Shown: in pieces, positions 47,160-50,694 of the stretch
How positions within the stretch are numbered: the first letter of the stretch is position 1
Layout: every line of letters begins with the position of its first letter
Source: Octopus bimaculoides
Taxonomy: Eukaryota
Direction of reading: 5' to 3'
Assembly (NCBI RefSeq): GCF_001194135.2
Contig: NC_068988.1
Span: forward strand, 1,727,250-1,777,943
DNA: 50,694 nt
Notes under the pieces: model-generated
Databases searched by the model: none
The model's input: only the letters and a program-made list of their open reading frames with translations
Told to the model about the DNA's origin: nothing
Position numbers and translations under genes: made by a program

Positions 47160-48560
47160 TCTGTAGTTGCAAGCAGACATGGACTACACTTCGGTCCCTA
47201 CACCCACGCCATTCCTCCAGCGGAACATCTTGAAGGAGAGAGGGATGCACCAGCGCCCGATGGTACCCATTATTCACATGTTCGAGAAAAAATGGTAAAA
47301 CCGAAGTTGCAACTGTCATTAAAGACAAGATAAAAAGATTTCTACTCTGAGATAGAATTGCTTTTTATCAAAGGACGGTCTGGGTGTTGCCAGGAAGTAT
47401 GTAACTACAAAGACATGGTACAGCCACCAATAAAGATTCCGAACTTTGTAATACGCCAATAGCCCAGGAAAGAGTTGAAGAATCGGTGTACATGCTCAAA
47501 GAAAGGGTATAATCAGGAATGGACAATCCTGTTGAGCTTCTGAAATATGGTTTTGAATTCATCAGTGGCCAAAAGAATGGCCACAATCCTTAGTAATACA
47601 TTTTTTCATGAAAGTAACTTAAGGCTCGGCTAGAATTATTGACCCATCAGTTTGGTTAGTGGCCCCAGTAAATTACTGCTAAGAGTTAATGTAAAAAGGT
47701 TTCAGTCGGAGGCAGAAGAAATTTTCGCAGGAAAACAGTAAGGATTCACACCATCCCTGCCAAAACGCAGGATATCAGAGCATAATGGTAATGGAAAAAT
47801 CTCCTTGACGTCAATGGAATTGAAGTTAACGAAGATTTTGTAGCAGTTGCTCAATACAAGGACTTTATTGACTTCAAGAAAATCCTTCAGCGTGTTTGGA
47901 ATGAAGGGCTGTGGGAAGTGAGGAGAGATTTAAAATTTGACAGTTGCCTTATTTGGTTGGTTGAAGCAAAATGAAGATTTGTTTTGTACTACTTCGGGTA
48001 TTTAAAGAAGCGACTTTCTCTCAATTTCTTCCTGTCCACCAACGTCGCCAGCACCCATTTATAAGTCTTCCCTCTCATTTATAAGTCTGATAGAAATTTA
48101 ATCAACGCGATGTAGGTATATGTACCCTGCATAAAAATTCCAACAGGACTACACCCTGAATATCAATGTAGGAAGAGTCTTCAGGATAAAAGTTGGGATT
48201 GGAAAAAATGGCATCCTCTTTCTTGTACTTTTCAATATTTTCCTTAAAAACTTCACGCAGGAAACACTTCCACCCAACCATTTCTATGAGAGGAAGGCTC
48301 CTGTGGAACCTACGTTTTGCTGACAATATCGATTTAATGGGAAGTAGCGAAGCAGAACTGCAAACGGCAGAGATTCACCACCGGACTAAGAAAAGCGTCA
48401 GGAGTCTACCGAACGGAAGATATTTCAGAAAAGAGCAAAATTCTGATCGATAGAAACAGCCAGAATGCGGCGACCAACATCACGATGAAGGGACAAAAGT
48501 GTGATGAATTAAATAGTTTATATTACTTTCTTTCAGCAAAGACAGCAGCTCAGTAAAGAT
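47160..48560 (+). mobile_element. RTE-clade LINE remnant (endonuclease and reverse transcriptase fragments), heavily decayed
   Basis: Fragments: APDGTHYSHV (endonuclease), PIAQERVEESVYML...DNPVELLKYG, AEEIFAGKQ*GF, FIDFKKILQRVWNEGLWEV, VLFNIFL, TISMRGRLLWNLRFADNIDLMGSSEAELQ (F-A-D-D box with one D changed to N), and ISEKSKILI...MKGQKCDELNS. Confidence 0.9.
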
Positions 48561-48570
48561 GTTTTGATTC

Positions 48571-48608
<38 letters not shown>

Positions 48609-48727
48609 GACAACCTTTTTCTAAAAAAGTGAAACCGGTCAAGTGAATAAACATCTTTAAAATTGCATTTTCAAACCTTCTTTCATATATATTTCCACTC
48701 GTGCGGTATCTTACAACTTTACTTTTG

Positions 48728-48769
<42 letters not shown>

Positions 48770-48789
48770 AAGTTCAATGTTATGGTCGG

Positions 48790-49400
48790 TCATAGAATGA
48801 CTATTGGTTTCGCACCAATAAAGCGCTTAGCAGTAGACGCTCAATTGGCTGAATGCGCATAACCTCTCCACAATTGGAGGATTATCTGTACAGGGGTGCT
48901 GCAAGAGGGACGGAGTTATCCCTCTTGTATTGGCTCCAGCCGTGCTGATATTCAAAGGAGCTACGGCGGGCCTTTTCAACGAATGGAAAATTCCAAGTTT
49001 GTAGTTTGAAACGTTTTAGATGAGGGCACTGACTAAAGACTTCTTTCTTGGAGCTTAGAAAGGTCTCCGGGTTGAACGAGATTTTTTCAGATTCTTGCTC
49101 TCTCTGTCAAGCAAAGCTCACATCGTTTGCTCCCATTTGTTTAAGCCCCCGGTTGGACAAAGAGCTTCCAATTAATTATGTATGGCTTCCTACCTCTTTT
49201 AAGCGACATACGTGGCTGGGCAGGGACATGATGTTGCGGCTTTCCTGAATTCTAAAAGAGGATTTGTGGTTGTTCAGACGTTGGTTAAACGGGTGTACGG
49301 TTAAACTGACGTAGTTTCGTGTCTGTGTATTCGATGTGCTACTACTGCTGATGTTTCCTTCGCATGCTGTGACTGGCGTAACATTTAACTTCCCGAAAAC
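48790..49400 (-). mobile_element. Penelope-like element remnant (GIY-YIG C-terminus with Cys motif plus 3' region)
   Basis: NYVSLTVHPFNQRLNNHKSSFR...SLPSHVCRLKEVG / PYIINWKL / TNGSKRCELCLTER / FLSSKKEVFSQCPHLKRFKL matches the PLE pattern YIG.T...FK.R.NNHKSSF...Y.I.W.I...Y.NGSKRC.LCL.EK...LNKRSE....C.H. Confidence 0.88.
48799..48838 (-). ncRNA. Degenerate hammerhead motif downstream of the PLE ORF remnant
   Basis: Minus strand GTCTA-CTGCTAA-GCGC TTTATTG GTGC-GAAA-CCAA-TAGTC. Stems I and II still pair. The core has two substitutions relative to CTGATGA. Confidence 0.5.
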
Positions 49401-49458
49401 AAATGTATTACTTCTCTGTTGCTTTAGAGTATGCTTCTGTTTCGGATATAGGAATTAC

Positions 49459-49498
<40 letters not shown>

Positions 49499-49514
49499 GT
49501 ATATGTGTATGTGT

Positions 49515-49733
49515 GTGTGAAGGTGCGTGGTCTAGTGGTCAGAGCATTGCGCTCACGATCGCTGGATCTTGGGCTCGATTCCCGGAACCGGGTAGCGCAT
49601 TGTGTTCTTGAGTAAAGTACATCATTTCACGTTTTCCGATTCCACTCAGCTATGAATGAGTAACCCTGTGATTGACTAGCCTTCTGACCGGGGGTTGGGG
49701 GGTTGGCCTGGTTGCCTAGCCAGTGGGGTGGGG
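49515..49733 (+). mobile_element. SINE family C
   Basis: gtgaaggtgcgtggtctagtggtcagagcattgcgctcacgatcg...gggctcgattcccgg (A and B boxes) ...tgtgttcttgagtaaag...ccactcagct. Confidence 0.88.
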
Positions 49734-49829
49734 NNNNNNNNNNNNNNNNGGGGGTGGGGGTGATCATTCGAAAGCAAAAACGACGCAAAACGCATTGTGA
49801 CCAGTGATGGTCAGGTTGATATTTTCTTT

Positions 49830-50030
49830 TGTTTCTTCTACTGTTTTCAGTCATTTAACTGCGGCCACGCTGGAGCACTGCCTTTAGTGTCGAACAAATC
49901 GACCCCAGGACTTATTATTTTTTGTGAGCCTAATACTTATTCTATCGGTCTCATTTGCCGAACCGCTAGATAGCGGGAATGTAAACACGCCAACATCGGT
50001 TGTCAAGCGATGGTGGTGGGAGGGGGAAGC
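49830..50030 (-). mobile_element. 3' part of SINE family B
   Basis: catcggttgtcaagcgatggtggtggg is the reverse complement of the tail at 29570-29610. A fragment is also present at 22085-22145. Confidence 0.75.
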
Positions 50031-50345
50031 ATAGGCACACAAATACACACACACACATATACAGTTATACATACATATATATATACATATAAGAGGGACG
50101 ACCACTAAGTGGACATCCATTATGCTAGAAGTAGACCACCTATGGTCTGACCACTAAGAAGAGATTGCTCTCCTATACATATATCTATGTAGTATATTTT
50201 TTCTGAATCTTCAGATTTTTCAATATGCCAGGTCACTGGTTTTAAATTGATATTAATTAAATTAATACTCAATTTAAAAACCCTTACTATTCAAATTTAC
50301 ACACGCACACACACACTCACACACACACACACACGCACACGCACA

Positions 50346-50487
50346 CGACAGGCTTCTTCCAGTTTCCGTCTACCAAATCCACTCACAAGGCTTTGGTCGG
50401 CCCATGGCTATATTACAAGATACTTGCCGAACTTGCTGTACGTTAGGATTAATCTCGGAACTATGTGGATAGGCTGCAAACTTCTTA
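50346..50487 (-). mobile_element. SINE family B
   Basis: gacaggcttcttccagtttccgtctaccaaatccactcacaaggctttggtcggccc. Confidence 0.9.
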
Positions 50488-50554
50488 CCAGACAGAAAGA
50501 GAGAAAGAACGAGCGAGCGAGAGAGATAGAGAGAGAAAGCGAACTTATTACTGA

Positions 50555-50606
<52 letters not shown>

Positions 50607-50694
50607 TAATCGACAAAAAGTTATAAAACTAACTGTTAGGCCGAGCCCGAAACTCTCAGCACTTGAGTCACCTTTGAAACTTTTTGCCGATGTA

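Noticed and set aside
47555-47575. CTGATGA on the minus strand
   Set aside because: It is inside the RTE LINE remnant and has no stem II or GAAA arrangement.
49515-49590. Possible tRNA gene
   Set aside because: The cloverleaf does not close and the sequence continues into the family C SINE body seen elsewhere.

Overview
This is repeat-dense, AT-rich eukaryotic DNA with no protein-coding gene I can identify. It has many N-gaps, most flanked by microsatellites, which suggests a short-read assembly. The SINE repertoire and extreme microsatellite load point to an octopus genome (inference). Almost all ORFs in the supplied track are microsatellite or N-gap artefacts. Recognisable content: (i) about 30 tRNA-derived SINE copies from at least three families, plus a fourth interspersed repeat; (ii) decayed coding remnants of two Penelope-like elements (PLEs, GIY-YIG), an RTE LINE, CR1-like LINE 3' ends, two mariner transposases and a hAT transposase N-terminus; (iii) hAT, piggyBac and pogo/Tigger-like MITEs, one with a perfect 8-bp TSD. 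The most notable signal is 6-7 minimal type-I hammerhead ribozyme (HHR) motifs from different repeat families. One is near-intact and sits beside a train of hairpins (9099-9141, minus). One is fused downstream of a tRNA-like Pol III head (21597-21810). Two degenerate ones lie just 3' of the PLE endonuclease remnants. A few weak splice-site-bounded exon candidates suggest the window may be intronic, but none can be assigned to a gene.
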